The notes under the pieces were generated by a model, which made no database searches, had not been told where the DNA came from, and saw only the letters and a program-made list of their open reading frames with translations. Shown here piece by piece: positions 24,551-37,227 of a stretch of 64,000 nucleotides of DNA (the stretch's first letter is position 1; each line of letters opens with the position of its first letter). The position numbers were made by a program, and so were the translations under genes. The stretch comes from Octopus vulgaris (Eukaryota): the NCBI GenBank assembly GCA_951406725.2, contig OX597817.1:139376001-139440000 (forward strand). The letters run 5' to 3'.

Positions 24551-25862
24551 TGGTGGTGGTGGATATGTGGTGAAAGTGTAGTATTTCTTCATGTATAACT
24601 GGAGGCTTGGCCAAGTGGTTAAGAAGTTTTGTTTTGTAATTACATGCTCGCAGGTTCAGTTCCACAATACAGCAGCAATGACTATCGTGACCTTGGGCTG
24701 ACATGAGCCTTGTGAGTGAATTTAAAGAGACAGGGATTTTGTGAACACCTTGAAACTAATCAAAGAGATTGTCCATTTCTTGTTTGTGGGTCAAGTTATT
24801 CTGTTGCCTGGCTGAACTCCTTCAGCCAGACTTAGGTCCATTGAATGGATGAGTAAAGACTCTTGTTCCTATCGGTTACGGAGGCCCTTGAAAGGGCCAA
24901 AGGACCTGCTCTTCGTACCCTAAGCAACAAAAAAAGACATTTACTATGTTACTATGACTACTACCACCACCACCACCAGCAATAACCTCTATTTCCTCTC
25001 TACACTTTGTGTCTGTTTTAGACATGGCTGTCTGGCTACATCTGTCACTATGACACCAAAAACCTGATACTTGAAATATAATTTAAATACATGTTCAGTA
25101 AGAAATTCTAAACAATGTTTCTGATTGAAATAACCAAAGTCTGAAGAACTGAAGATTTCATTAAAGTTTGGTTGGTTCTTAAAAGACCTTGTACTTAGAA
25201 TTGCTTCTGAGTTGCATACTTTATCTACTTTTGTGGCATTTGAATGTTTGGGAAACACATGGCAATCACTCTACAAAGAATTAGGATTAGCTTTGAATCT
25301 AGCCATTACATTGTTGAATAACCCGTCTTATCTCTCTAACATATGGTTTGTGGTAATTGAAGGTTGCTGAGCAGAGCCACTGCTACTCGTGCAACTAGTA
25401 TCAGTTTACTAACCTATTGCATTGTGGTTCTTCTAGACCTTCCTTTCTACATCTTTGCCATTTACCTCATTCAATGAAACACCTACCTCCTCCACCCCCA
25501 CCCACACACACACACCTTATTCTTTCCTTGTGATGTCAGTTTTTATGATGCTACAAAACACAATTCTGGTAGCTGTAGAATTGTGGATTAATTAATCAGT
25601 TCTCGGAATTGGAAAATCCCATTGAAATGCCAAGATAAGTTCAGACGCCTTCTTCGGCAGAGATTCACTTCCCAGGTGTAATTCTTTCATTTCATTTCAT
25701 TAAATTTTTCTGATGTCTCTGAAGAAGTTTGCTTCCTCCACCACATGGTTCTGGGTTCAGTCCCACTGGAACCAGTGTCTTCTACTATAGCTTCATGTCA
25801 ACCAAAGTCTTGTGAATAGATCCAGTTGACAGAAACTGAAAGAAGCCCATAAAGTGTATGTT

Positions 25863-25893
<31 letters not shown>

Positions 25894-26232
25894 CTGTTTG
25901 TCCCCCCACCACCACCACTTGACAACCAATGTTGGTATGTTTACATCCTTGTAACCTAGCGATTAAGCTGAAGAGGCCTTATAAGTGCTTCTTTAAGGTG
26001 GTGCTTCAGCATGGCTCAAAGTCTTATGACTGAAACAGGTAAAAGATAAAAGATTAATTATATTTGAAATTGAAGCCTTGTGCTTCTCTAAGGGAACTGT
26101 ATACAGAACGGGAGTTTAATGAAAGAAAATGTAAGGATAGTAATTACAGCTTTGAAGATATTTGTCATAGAAAAACACCCAAAAACTGTTGACCTCACTT
26201 AACCAGTTATTATTTGGTGTCAGAATTGTCAT

Positions 26233-26468
26233 TGACCTGTCACTCCCATCATTGCTCTGAGAGTGACCTGTCACTCACTCATTGCACTGAGAGTGACCTG
26301 TCACTCACTCATTGCACTGAGAGTGACCTGTCACTCACTCATTGCACTGAGTGTGACCTGTCACTCACTCATTGCACTGAGTGTGACCTGTCACTCATTG
26401 CTCTGAGAGTGATATGTTCTCTCATTCACTCGTTGCACCGAGTGTGACCTGTCACTCACTCATTTCTA
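26233..26468. repeat. 30-bp minisatellite, about 8 units (GACCTGTCACTCACTCATTGCACTGAGAGT)
   Basis: Read directly; gives the SDLSLTHCTE repeat ORF. Confidence 0.95.
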
Positions 26469-26527
26469 CTGCAACTGGTCTGAGATGAGGTTGTTGGTCA
26501 GTATATATATACACTTCAGGGTTTTAA

Positions 26528-26736
26528 CCCTTTAGCATTTAAACTGCCCAAAGATTCTACCTGTTTTATGTTGAAATAGGCCAGATCCTGCCTGTCAGAC
26601 TCACCTTGCTATGTCATTCTACAAATAAATAGTCATGTTATTGTAATCTCGGAGCTGCAATATATTGAATGATTAACTGAAAACGGTCTGAATAAGTAAG
26701 CTTTACATTTGACAAAGTAATGTGAATATTAAAGGT
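26528..26736. mobile_element. Degraded piggyBac-type MITE
   Basis: TTAA|CCCTTTAGCATT ... AATATTAAAGG; TTAA target on the left. Confidence 0.5.
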
Positions 26737-27328
26737 TTTCACATAATTTTCCCTCCTCACCTCTATATATAGGCCAGTCATTTTCAGCTGTCGTCATCTG
26801 ATGCTTAGAGGAGGTCACTTAATTATTGTCAGACAAATACAGCTTGAAATATAAAAAAGATATTTTTAACAGCACAACAATACTTGCAACAACAATAAAT
26901 ATTCTTTTGTGTCTTTGGAGAGGCATTCTACCATTTCCTACTTTTATGCAGACATGATTTATATATTGTAGAGCAATAGACTAAACGTCAAACTTGTTTA
27001 GCTTCTGTTCTTCCACTTCTGAGTGCTTACCCTTCTGCCATGGTTGTGTTTCTTCAACTAAGATTGATAAGAAAAAGCCATTGTTCATAATATACTCTTG
27101 GTGGTGTGTAGAAGTGGTATGTAAGCAGCGAAGAAGGGTAAAAGACATTGTAATGATAGAATAGACAGAGAGAGAAGACATCATTCCTTTATTCTTTTAA
27201 TGCTCTCACTTGCAGGACTGGAGAACCCCTCAACTTGTTCTCTATCGGGTTTTGTTGTCACTTTATGGCAGGAAGTTGATCTGTGATTGAGTTTGTAGCT
27301 GTTGATGTTCCTTGAGTGAATCCTTGAA

Positions 27329-27950
27329 TGGTCTAGAATGGTTGGCTGGTCTGGAATGGTTGGCTGGTCTGAATGGTTTGCTGGTCTAGAATGGTTGGCT
27401 GGTCTAGAATGGTTGGCTGGTCTAGAATGGTTGGCTGGTCTAAAATGGTTGGCTGGTCTAGAATGGTTGGCTGGTCTAGAATGGTTGGCTGGTCTAGAAT
27501 GGTTGGCTGGTCTGGAATGGTTGGCTGGTCTAGAATGGTTGGCTGGTCTAAAATGGTTGGCTGGTCTGGAATGGTTGGCTGGTCTAAAATGGTTAGCTGG
27601 TCTAAAATAGTTGGCTGGTCTAGAACGGTTGGCTGGTCTAGAACGGTTGGCTGGACTAGAACGGTTGGCTGGTCTAGAATGGTTGGCTGGTCTGGAATGG
27701 TTGGCTGGTCTGGAATGGTTGGCTGGTCTGGAATGGTTGGCTGATCTAAAATGGTTGGCTGGTCTAAAATGGTTGGCTGGTCTAAAATGGTTGGCTGGTC
27801 TAAAATGGTTGGCTGGTCTAGAATGGTTGGCTGGTCTGGAACGGTTGGCTAGTCTGGAACGGTTGGCTAGTCTGGAACGGTTGGCTGGTCTAGAATGGTT
27901 GACTGGTCTAGAACGGTTGGCTGGTCTTGAATGGTTGGCTGGTCTGGAAT
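27329..27950. repeat. 18-bp minisatellite, about 34 units (TCTAGAATGGTTGGCTGG)
   Basis: Read directly; explains the RPANHS, LEWLAG and MVGWSR ORFs. Confidence 0.97.
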
Positions 27951-28439
27951 CATTGTTAGGAGTTTGTTCAATGTTTTTTTCTTTCAATATTTCAGCAGAG
28001 GTTCCTTTTATATTTCAAATTTCTTTAGTTAAGTGGTTGGACTCTTGAAGACCTCTAAATATCAGGCAGGTACAATAGAGTGAGTGGGTCAGAGGTTGTT
28101 GTGTGTTGGAGAATGAGTCTTTTGCCAGTCAATTAGACGACCTTCTTCATCTAGAAATGCTCTTCAAATTGTATAAAATTTGGGATCTTTTCAATCTCAG
28201 TCACAGATTTTTTAATTAACTTTTTTTATAACTAACCAGTTTGAAACTTTGGATACTAGTTGAATGTGTCATGTAGAACACGGTTTACTCTTAACATTTT
28301 GGACAAAATTTTGTATTTTAGAAGCTATTTCATGTTAAAGTAGTTGTTTTGGGTAATTTTAACCAATCAATGATGTGTATTCAGCTGAAAAAAGTTACTG
28401 TTGTTTGCGAAAGTAATAGAAGAGCAACAACTTCTGGGT

Positions 28440-28986
28440 CACTGGATCAAGTGAAGAGAGCTCAGTGACAGGGTGCGTTGTTGTCGTGAAGTATCCAATT
28501 CTTCACACTCCACAAATCCGGTTTTCGCCAAATATCCTCCCTCAAACACTTCAACACATTCTTGATTGTCCTCCAATCATTCTCAGGCACAAACTGATGA
28601 ATTGCCTCCACATTTCTGGGGGTGACACTCATGGCATGTCTTCTGGATTGCCCATCGTCTTCCATGCCTTTCAAAACTTTGCATATGAGCCGTTGCCTCC
28701 TTGCCATAAGCTTGCTGCAGCATGGCCAATGTCTCTGTAGCAGACTTCCCAAGTTTAATGCAAAATTTCACGTTGGCTCTTTGTCCGAACTTCCTATTGA
28801 TGACAAAATCACAAACAACAGCATACACGTGATCACAAAAACACAAATTTCACATCTTACACAGTGATGTCACTCAGCACACTGCCCCATGAAGGTCACT
28901 GCTAGCTCTCACTGAGCACATAAGCATGTGCTGCCATTTGTTGGCATGCTACAGAACTAGTCTGGGAACTTTTTGATACCATCTAA
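28440..28986 (-). mobile_element. Truncated, internally deleted mariner, same family as 9839-11067
   Basis: Matching TIR ACTAGTCTGGGAACTTTTTGATACC; QRANVKFCIKLGKSATETLAMLQQAYG, with the HTH region fused to WILHDNNAPCH. Confidence 0.88.
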
Positions 28987-29342
28987 TATAATAAATGCGA
29001 AAACTAATTTGTGTGTGTCAGTGTGTAACACTTACACCTCCTCTCTCACTATTCAACGGCACTCCTACTATTCCTCATGATGGGGTGAGAGTAATAGTAG
29101 GCATAAAGATGGTGAGGGCAATGGAGAAGACAGAGAGGGACAGAAAGAAAAAGAGTTAAAGTAATTTAGGGAGAGTTGATGATGTTTTATTAAAAGTAGT
29201 AGTGTCGATGGTGGCAGTGGGAGTAATAATAAAGAGAGAGAAAGAGGGAGACAATGTACAACTTTGTTTAACCATGTCCCTTTGACAGAGATTCTTGTCA
29301 CCAACATACCAAACACTATCATTTTTGTTTTATTTTTTACTT

Positions 29343-29516
29343 AGATTGTTAGCCACTACACACATTTTTTTCCCTCCTTGTTTTTTCTGTGTCCCTTTCT
29401 GTAGAAGAGCTTAGGCTCGAAATGTAAAAGACTTTTTCTATTCCTGAGCGTTATACTAATACATCTGTTTGTTTGTACACCACCTGTCTTCGTCTTTTGT
29501 TTTCTTCGTAAACTCT

Positions 29517-29520
<4 letters not shown>
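29343..29520 (+). mobile_element. Penelope pLTR-like repeat, family H2 copy 3, abutting (TA)n
   Basis: 29395-29430 reads CTTT-CTGTAGA-A-GAGC(TTAG)GCTC-GAAA-TG-TA-AAAG. Confidence 0.7.
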
Positions 29521-29581
<61 letters not shown>

Positions 29582-29829
29582 ACACATATATAAAATACAC
29601 TTTAATTGAAATAAAGTTTCCCCAAAATGAAACATCTGATGTAATAAATGTGAATGTCAGTATGTCACACTTTTTCAACTTTACTCCTAGAGGCCGTAGC
29701 CCAACATACCATATCATTTTGGAACCAGGCTGATTCCATGAGTAAATTAAAAACATTCTGGGCTGAATCCAAACCTGCAATCCTGAAATTTTGGATTCCT
29801 ATTTTCTTCTTTTTCCCTTGATTTTTTGC

Positions 29830-29994
29830 GACGGATATGATCATTGTTGGGATATGACTCTGGAGGAAGCAATTGAAACAAATTCTCCAAAACAAGTCAG
29901 AGATCTGTTTGCAAATTCTTCCGATTCAGGATCAGTTACTTCGAAGCTATATACTAGCTTAAATGCCGCCCTAGAGAGCAGCTTTTAAGCTAGT
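29830..29994 (+). mobile_element. Helitron remnant (RepHel fragment plus 3'-end palindrome)
   Basis: WDMTLEEAIETNSPKQVRDLFA resembles Helitron W..TLEEA....P.QLR.LFA; followed by a hairpin and CTAG. Confidence 0.6.
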
Positions 29995-32211
29995 GCATAC
30001 ACACACACACACACACAACAGGCTCCCACATAATTTTTATCTACCAAATTCTTTCACAAGGCATTAATCAATTTGGGGCTGGAGCTATAGCAGAAGACAC
30101 TCACCCAAAGTGCTGTGCAGTGGAGCTGAACCCAAAACCATTTGGTTACAAAACAAGCTTCTTAACCACACATCTATGCTTGTGCCTATACTCTCTTTTC
30201 TTTTACTCTTTTAATTGTTTCAGTCATTTGACTGTGGCCATGCTGGAGCACTGCCTGTAGTCGATCGAGCAAATCGACCCCAGGACTTATTCTTTGTAAG
30301 CCTAGTACTTATGCTGAGCCGCTAAGTTTCGGGGACGTAAACTCACCAGCATCGGTTGTCAATGTGGTGGGGGGACAAACACAGATGCACAAACATATAC
30401 ACACACATATATACATACATATACATATATATGACGGGCTTCTTTCAGTTTCCGTCTATCAAATCCACTCACAAGGCTTTGGTCGGCCCAAGGCTACAGT
30501 AGAAGACACTTGCCCAAGGTGCTACGCAGTGGGACTTAACCCAGAACCATGTGGTTGGTAACCTAGCTACTTACCACACAGCCACTCCTATGTCTATGTT
30601 TTTTTTCCCTCCCCAAATCAAAATTAATTATAATCTTGGAATAATCTCAAATTCTTCAACAATGCATCAACTTGGAAAGTAAAAGTTCCCCTGTGTTATA
30701 TTTCATATTCCACCAACTTTGGTCCTTCTGTATAATTAGCAACTTCTCGCAGAACTTCTGAGACTTCTTGCTGCTGTTTTACTCATGTTAGATATATTTT
30801 CACTGTTACCTTTAATGAGCAGACCTCTGGCTTTCAAGCTCTTATCCCAGTTTAGCGTCGATATTAATTTCACTCGTTTGCCCTGCGAACATGCTGTAGA
30901 CCTATCAGTGTTTACCAAGAGAAAGCATCAAATATGTTTTTTGTTTTTGTTTGGTGTTTACTTAAATCGAAACAAGGTGCAGTTTGTCTTCATAGAAATA
31001 AGTTACAAATGAATCACCAACTTACTGAAATATTAGTTATTAAAGCACCAGCTTACTGAAGTATTAGTTATTACATTACCAACTTACAAAAAGTACTTAC
31101 TGGTTATTACATCAGTAAGGAGGGGTGGGTAGGGATGGAATGTTGGGAAGGCAGCAGTGGAAGATAGGCATAAAAAGAGCAAATACTTTAGCATAGATGT
31201 GAAGAAAAAAATAAGTAAATAAATTAAGACAAGTGAAATAACTTGAATGAAAGAAATTAATAAACTCAATGAATAAATTAATTCGGTTAAAGAGTTTTAT
31301 TTTCTAAAGGCTGCACTAATTACAGAGTATTTCAAAAATCCCTTGAACATATACATGTGTGTGTGCATGTATATATATATATATATTAAAATGTATATTA
31401 AAATTATAAATTAGGGTATCTACGAGATACCACCATGCTGAAAATAGCAGTATCTCGTAGATACCTTAATTTATAATTTTAATAATTATTACCTTTGAAG
31501 GTTATTTTTTCCATGCTGACCACTTGATAAAATCGTTATTTTATTTTTAAATTAACAATCTTATCCTTATTTATATATATATATATATATATATTTCATT
31601 ATTGCCCACAGGGAGCTAAACATAGAGGGGATAAACAAGAATAGACAAAGGGATTAAGTTGATTACATTGACCCCCAGTGCATAACTGGTACTTGTTTAA
31701 TTGACCCCCAAATGGATAAAAGGCAAAGTCGACCTCGGCGGAATTTGAACTCAGAATGTAATGGCAGACAAAATACTGCTAAGCATTTCACCCAGCATGC
31801 TAACAATTCTGCCAGCTCACCGCCATATATATATATATATATATAACACATGTAGGCTCATAAATGCAAACCAAGGTAGAAAAAAACCAGTACTCGAATA
31901 CCTAAGGTAGAGTAATATACTTCTATTGAAGTTTTGTGAAGACTTTGCAGCTTTAATAAACGTATATATTCTTTTATTTGTTTCAGTCATTTTACTGTGG
32001 CCATGCTGGGGCACTGCCTTGAAGGGTTTTTTGTTGAACAAATTGACTCCAGGACTTTAAAAAATTTTATTTTTGATCCCTAGTACTTATTCAATCACTT
32101 CATTTTGCTGAACTGCTAAGTTATAGGGACATAACATGCCAGCACCAGTTGTGAAGTGGTGGGACAACCACAAACCCAAAGACACACACACACACACACA
32201 CAGAGAGTTGT

Positions 32212-33300
32212 CATCATCATCGTTTAATGTCCTTTTTCCATGCTGGCATGAGTTGGATGGTTCAACCAAGGTCTGGGAAGCCAGGAGGCTGCACCAGGCT
32301 CCAGTCTGATCTGGCAGTGTTTCTACAGCTGGATGCCCTTCCTAACGCCAACTACTCATTGAGTGTAGTGGATGCTTTTTACATGCCACCAGCACAAGGG
32401 CCAAGGGAGGCTGGCAACGGCCACGATCGGTTAGTGTTTTTTATGTGCCACCTGCACAAGTGTCGCAATTACAATTCCCATTTGATTTTCATTTTGATGT
32501 TGTCTCCTCAAACACAGCAGGTCGCCCTACAATCCAAGGTACTTTTGAATGTGTTGGGGCTGGTTATGCAAAACTGGTGTAGGATACAGCCATGAACTGA
32601 CTTTACTTGTCAGGTCATCGGTGTCACAGCATATCTCCAGAGGTCTCAGTCTTTTGTCATTGCCTCTGTGAGGCCCAACATTTGAAGGTCATGCTTGACC
32701 ACCTCATCCCATGTCTTCCTGGGTCTGCCTCTACTTGGGATTCCTTCAACTGTTTGGGAGTGGCACTTCTTCACACAGCTCTCCTCATCCATCCATAGTA
32801 CATGACCATACCAGTGCAGACGTCTCTCTTGCATGCCACATCCAGTGCTTCTTATGTCCAGCATTTCTCTCAGGGCACTTACACTCTGTCATGTGTGCAC
32901 ACTGACATTACACATCCAGCGGATCATGCTAGCTTCATTTCCTTCAAGCCTACGCATATCCTCTGCAGTCACAGCCCATGTTTCACGACCATGAAGCATG
33001 GCAGTTCGCACACATGCATCATACAATCTACCTTTCACTCTGAGCGAGAGACCCTTTGTCACCAGTAGGGGTAGAAGCTTTCTAAACTTTGCCCAGGCTA
33101 TTCTTATTCTAGTGGTGACACTCTCTGAGCATCCACCCCCACTACTAACTTGGTCACCTAGGTAGCGGAAACTATCAACTACTTCTAGTTTCTCCCCCTA
33201 GAGTGTGATGGAATCTGTTTTCTGAGCATCTGTGGTGTCTATTGCCCCTGTGTATCTGCCGCACACGAAAGCTATCTTCTCAGTTAATCTTCCTTTTCTG
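32212..33300 (-). mobile_element. 5'-truncated RTE LINE (ORF C-terminus, 3' UTR, (GAT)n tail)
   Basis: RLHWYGHVLWMDEESCVKKC..GRPRKTWDEVV; upstream VDSFRYLGD; continuous into the common 3' UTR. Confidence 0.9.
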
Positions 33301-33985
33301 TAGTTTTCTCAGCCTCTCCCTGTAGCTCATCCACTGCACTGTTTCAATGGTTTTTAGTGTAGTGGCGTTGGAATGCTTCAAGCTCCACTGTTAGTTTGGC
33401 ACTGTGTGGTGATCATAACTGCGAGCAGTAGTTCAGGTGGCTGAGAACAAAGATTCTCCACAGAGACAACATAGTTTCTTGGTCTCTTGTCTTGAAGAAC
33501 CTCTGGATCCATTTTGCTGGCTGTCTGCACTTTGCTGCCATCTTGCTAACATGTATATGAAATGATGCCTCGTTGCACATACTGATCCCCAAGTCTTTCA
33601 CTGCCTGTGACTCTGGGATTTCGGTGCCTTCAGGTCTGGTAAATGTAGATTGTACTGTATTTGTGAGTTGATAGTGCAATGCTTGAAATTTTCCAGCATT
33701 AAACTGCATGATGTTTATTTCAGCCCACTTGTATATCAAATTCAGGTCTCGTTATAAGCTTGTGACATCCTCTTGGTTTTTATTGCCTGTGATAATCTTT
33801 TATCATTGGCATAGCTAGTGACAATGGCTGTACGAGTGACCTTGGGCATGTCTAAGAGGAGTATTATGAACAGTAATGGCCCCGGAACAGTTCCTTAGAG
33901 TAAACTACTTAGGATTTGAGTTTCTTCAGAAAGGGCACCATTGGCTGCAACTACCTGACTTCTGTTTTTAAGGAAGTTATGCAGC
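33300..33985 (-). mobile_element. CR1/L2-group LINE reverse transcriptase fragment
   Basis: GTVPGPLLFII, SYAND, WAEINIMQFNAGKF, KDLGI, SHLNYCSQL. Confidence 0.8.
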
Positions 33986-34441
33986 ACAAGCACCACCAGC
34001 ATAAGTATTATATTTTGTGATATTTGGCGGATGATATATTGTGCATACAGCTACATCAGCTTGCTTTATATGTATTATTAAGGTGTCGCAAACTGAGTTT
34101 GAATGTGACAGTAATACAAGAGGTGTGACATCTTCACGGATGTACATAGCAACTCTGCTATGATGATCCAGTTCTTGACTGAAGATTGAAGGCTTTGAAT
34201 GTCCCGTCCATGTTTTTTGTATCGTCTTCTAAATGTTTTACGTTCTTGTCCCAGTTTGTATTTTTCTACATATAATATATATATATACACATACATACAT
34301 ATATATATATATATACATACATATATACATATATATATACACATACATATATATACATATATATATACACATACATATATATACATATATATATATACAC
34401 ATACATACATACATATATATATATATACATACACACATATA

Positions 34442-35674
34442 TAGGGTCATCCCATAAATAATGCAGTTTTTTTCAATTGCATAATCTAAAAGTCAGAGGG
34501 GGATAGGATAAACTACCTGCATCAACTTGCTATAAAAGCAGGCAGTAATTTTACCTTGTACTTATTCATAGTGCAAGTTTTGAAGAGTGCAGTTCAATTT
34601 CAGCAGTTATTTTTTTCAAAGTTTTAATGGAAGTGATAAAGAAACATATTCAGCATATTTTGCTTTATGAGTTCAATAAAGGCAACAACACAATGGAAAG
34701 TGCGAGGAATATTAATGCAGTGTATGAGGATCGGACCATAAGGAGCAGCCAGTGTCAATGGTGGTTCTAGAAATTCCAAGCTGGAGACTACAGCCTAGAA
34801 GACGAGCCTCATCCTGGAAGATCTGTAGACCTTGATGAGGACGTGCTGCAAACCTTGGTGGAACAAAATCCCATCATAACTGTTGAGGAACCAGCAGAGA
34901 AGCTTGGATTTTATCATTCAACCATTCATCGACACCTGCGTGCCATCGGAAAAGTCAGCAGATTTGGTTAATGGGTTCCGAATCTAATCGCACGCAGAGA
35001 GTGAATGTATGCTCTTCTTTGCTGTCTCATCTCACAAATGAACCTTTTTTTGACCAAATAGTAACTGGTGATGAGAAATAGGTACTCTGTAAAAATGTTA
35101 AGCGCCGAAAACAGTGGGTAAAGAAAGGAGAAACACTGGCAACCCAGGCTAAAGAAGGTCTTCACCTACTTAAGGTGTTGTTATCTGTTCGGTGGGATAT
35201 GAAAGGTATAGTCCACTTTGAACTTTTAAACTCAAATCAAATGATAACAAAGGAGATCTACTATGAGTAGCTTGCGTGGCTTAAGTCAGCGCTAGAAGGA
35301 AAAAGACCATCTTTGTTTCAAGATGAAAGGTGTTCTTCCATTAGGATAATACTTGGCCACATACAGTGAGGATGACATTCCAAAGGCTGCAGCAGTTTGA
35401 CTGGGAAACGATGCCCCACCCACCATACTCACCAGATATTGCCCCCATCTGATTATCATTTATTCTGCAGTCTTTGAAATTATTTGGATGGAAAAGACAT
35501 GAATTCTGTAGACAAGGTCAGAACAGTACTGGAAGAGTATTTTTCGTCACAGACAAGTGAATTTCAACAGCAAAACAACAAAAATAGTGTTTAAAATATT
35601 TGAAAACAAAATTTGGAATATAATAAATATTTTATGCATAATCTAAAAGCTAAAAATTCTTCTGAATTACCCTG
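34442..35674 (+). mobile_element. Decayed mariner (cecropia/Hsmar1-like) in a (TA)n array
   Basis: ATG 34627 MEVIKKHIQHILLYEFNKG..; WVP, VTGDEK, WDMKGIVHFELL, PHPPYSPDIAPSDYHLF; several stops. Right TIR matches only partly. Confidence 0.88.
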
Positions 35675-35860
35675 TACGTTTGTATGTAGGTCTGTCTAGG
35701 ATATAAGTATGTGTGTGGTGATGGAGGCAACCAAATTGTGTTTTCTTTCAGCTTTTGTTTTTCAAATCAAGTTGTTGTATTGCCAAAGAATTTGGTGTGT
35801 TTCCAAATTGTTTTGTTTTAAATCTCGTCTTTGAACCTTTATTCAAATATTTCTTTTCAG

Positions 35861-36090
35861 GTAGAGGAAGCCATCTCCATATACAGAGAGTATTCCAGAT
35901 TCCCTGTCGTGTCAAGTGCCAAAATTAGTTTTCCAGAAGATTCATCGCATATCATTGTTAATAGTGAAAGTACCCAACGAGATTTAGAGAGACGGGAACA
36001 AGTCAAGTTCAGTCGGAACCATATTCTTACTCATGAACATGGAAAATATTCCATATTATGTAGAACTCAGCCAACTGAACTGTCCAAAGA
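35861..36090 (+). CDS. APEH: APEH exon 2 (VEEAISIYREYSRFP...ESTQRDLERREQVKFSR...TELSK)
   Basis: Acceptor TTCTTTTCAG, donor GA|GTAAGT, 230 nt, phase 2. Resembles APEH N-terminus EEAAALYR...WTQRDLERMENIRF. Confidence 0.95.
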
Positions 36091-36144
36091 GTAAGTTGAG
36101 CCTTTCTTTTTTTTTCTCTTTATTACTCGTGGATATTCTTTTAA

Positions 36145-36388
36145 CCCTTCGTTACCATATTTTTGTTGGAATAAATTGCTTTTGTTACAATTAATTTTGA
36201 AAGTAATGAAGTTTATTGAAATAATTTCATCATTATTAAACTGGAGTTTGGAACATAAATTAACATAAATTAACATGGAATTTTGAAAGAAAGCTTCAAT
36301 TCAAATCACTTTAAAACAGTTAAATGTTATTGTAGAAACAGGGTCAGTCTTAGTTGGGGTGGTCTCAGGTGGGTTGGTGTCAAAAGGA
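36145..36388. mobile_element. piggyBac-type MITE
   Basis: TTAA|CCCTTCGTTACC ... GGTGTCAAAAGGA|TTAA, TTAA on both sides. Confidence 0.7.
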
Positions 36389-37227
36389 TTAATGTGTGGT
36401 TGTTATTGGCTTCAGGTCAGCCCTGATCCAGCAGATCTAAAATCAAAGACATTCCAGCCATCATCATCCCATTTTTCCTTTTTTGTATAACACATGTACA
36501 ACTAAAGTGTTCATCATCATCATCATCATTGTTTAACATCTGCCTTCCATGCTAGCATGGATGGGACAGTTTCACAAGAGCCAGCCAGGCAGAAGCTTAC
36601 ACCAGACTTTTGTGACTGTTTTGGCTGGATTTTTACAGCTGGATGCCCTTCCTAACACCAACCACTCAGTAGAGTGGACTTAGTGCTTTGTACATGGCAC
36701 AAGCACAGGTGAGATCCGTTTGAGCAAGGTTTTTACAGCTGGATGCCCTTCTGAACACCAACCACTTTACAGTGTAGACTGGGTGCTTTTAAGTGGCACC
36801 TGCGCTGACAGGGTCACCAAGCACTTGCAAGACACAAAAAGAAAAAATTGTGTCAGATGATGAAAGGTTATAGTGAATTGCATGGAATTTGTTGTGGCAG
36901 ATTTTTTTTTATGGCAAGAGGTTCTAATTGTTACCAATTCCCAGTTGTTTCTGAACACAGTAATATTTCCTTGTGGCTTGGAATTTTTTCATTGAAGATT
37001 GGAAACAAAGAACATGATGATGATGATGATAACTCTCATTTACGACTTTTGAGGTGGCAAAGCACGATCTTCAAATGTTGGGTCTCACGGAGGCAATTAC
37101 AAGTGATGATGACCTTTGACAGATTGCTGTGCTTAAGAAGACTCACCAAGCCAAGGGAAATCACATTTGTGGCTGGCGCTGGTGACACGCACACACACAC
37201 ACACACACATGCACATGTGCAAATCTA

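Noticed and set aside
26233-27950. CRISPR-like arrays, IRE-like CAGTGC loop, heat-shock-element-like TCTAGAA
   Set aside because: Head-to-tail repeats without spacers in a eukaryote; IRE stem geometry fails; the HSE match is imperfect (GTC instead of TTC).
34078-34270. Third (TA)n-abutting repeat containing CTGAAGA
   Set aside because: No GAAA core or stem I/II pairing could be built, so it is not called a hammerhead.
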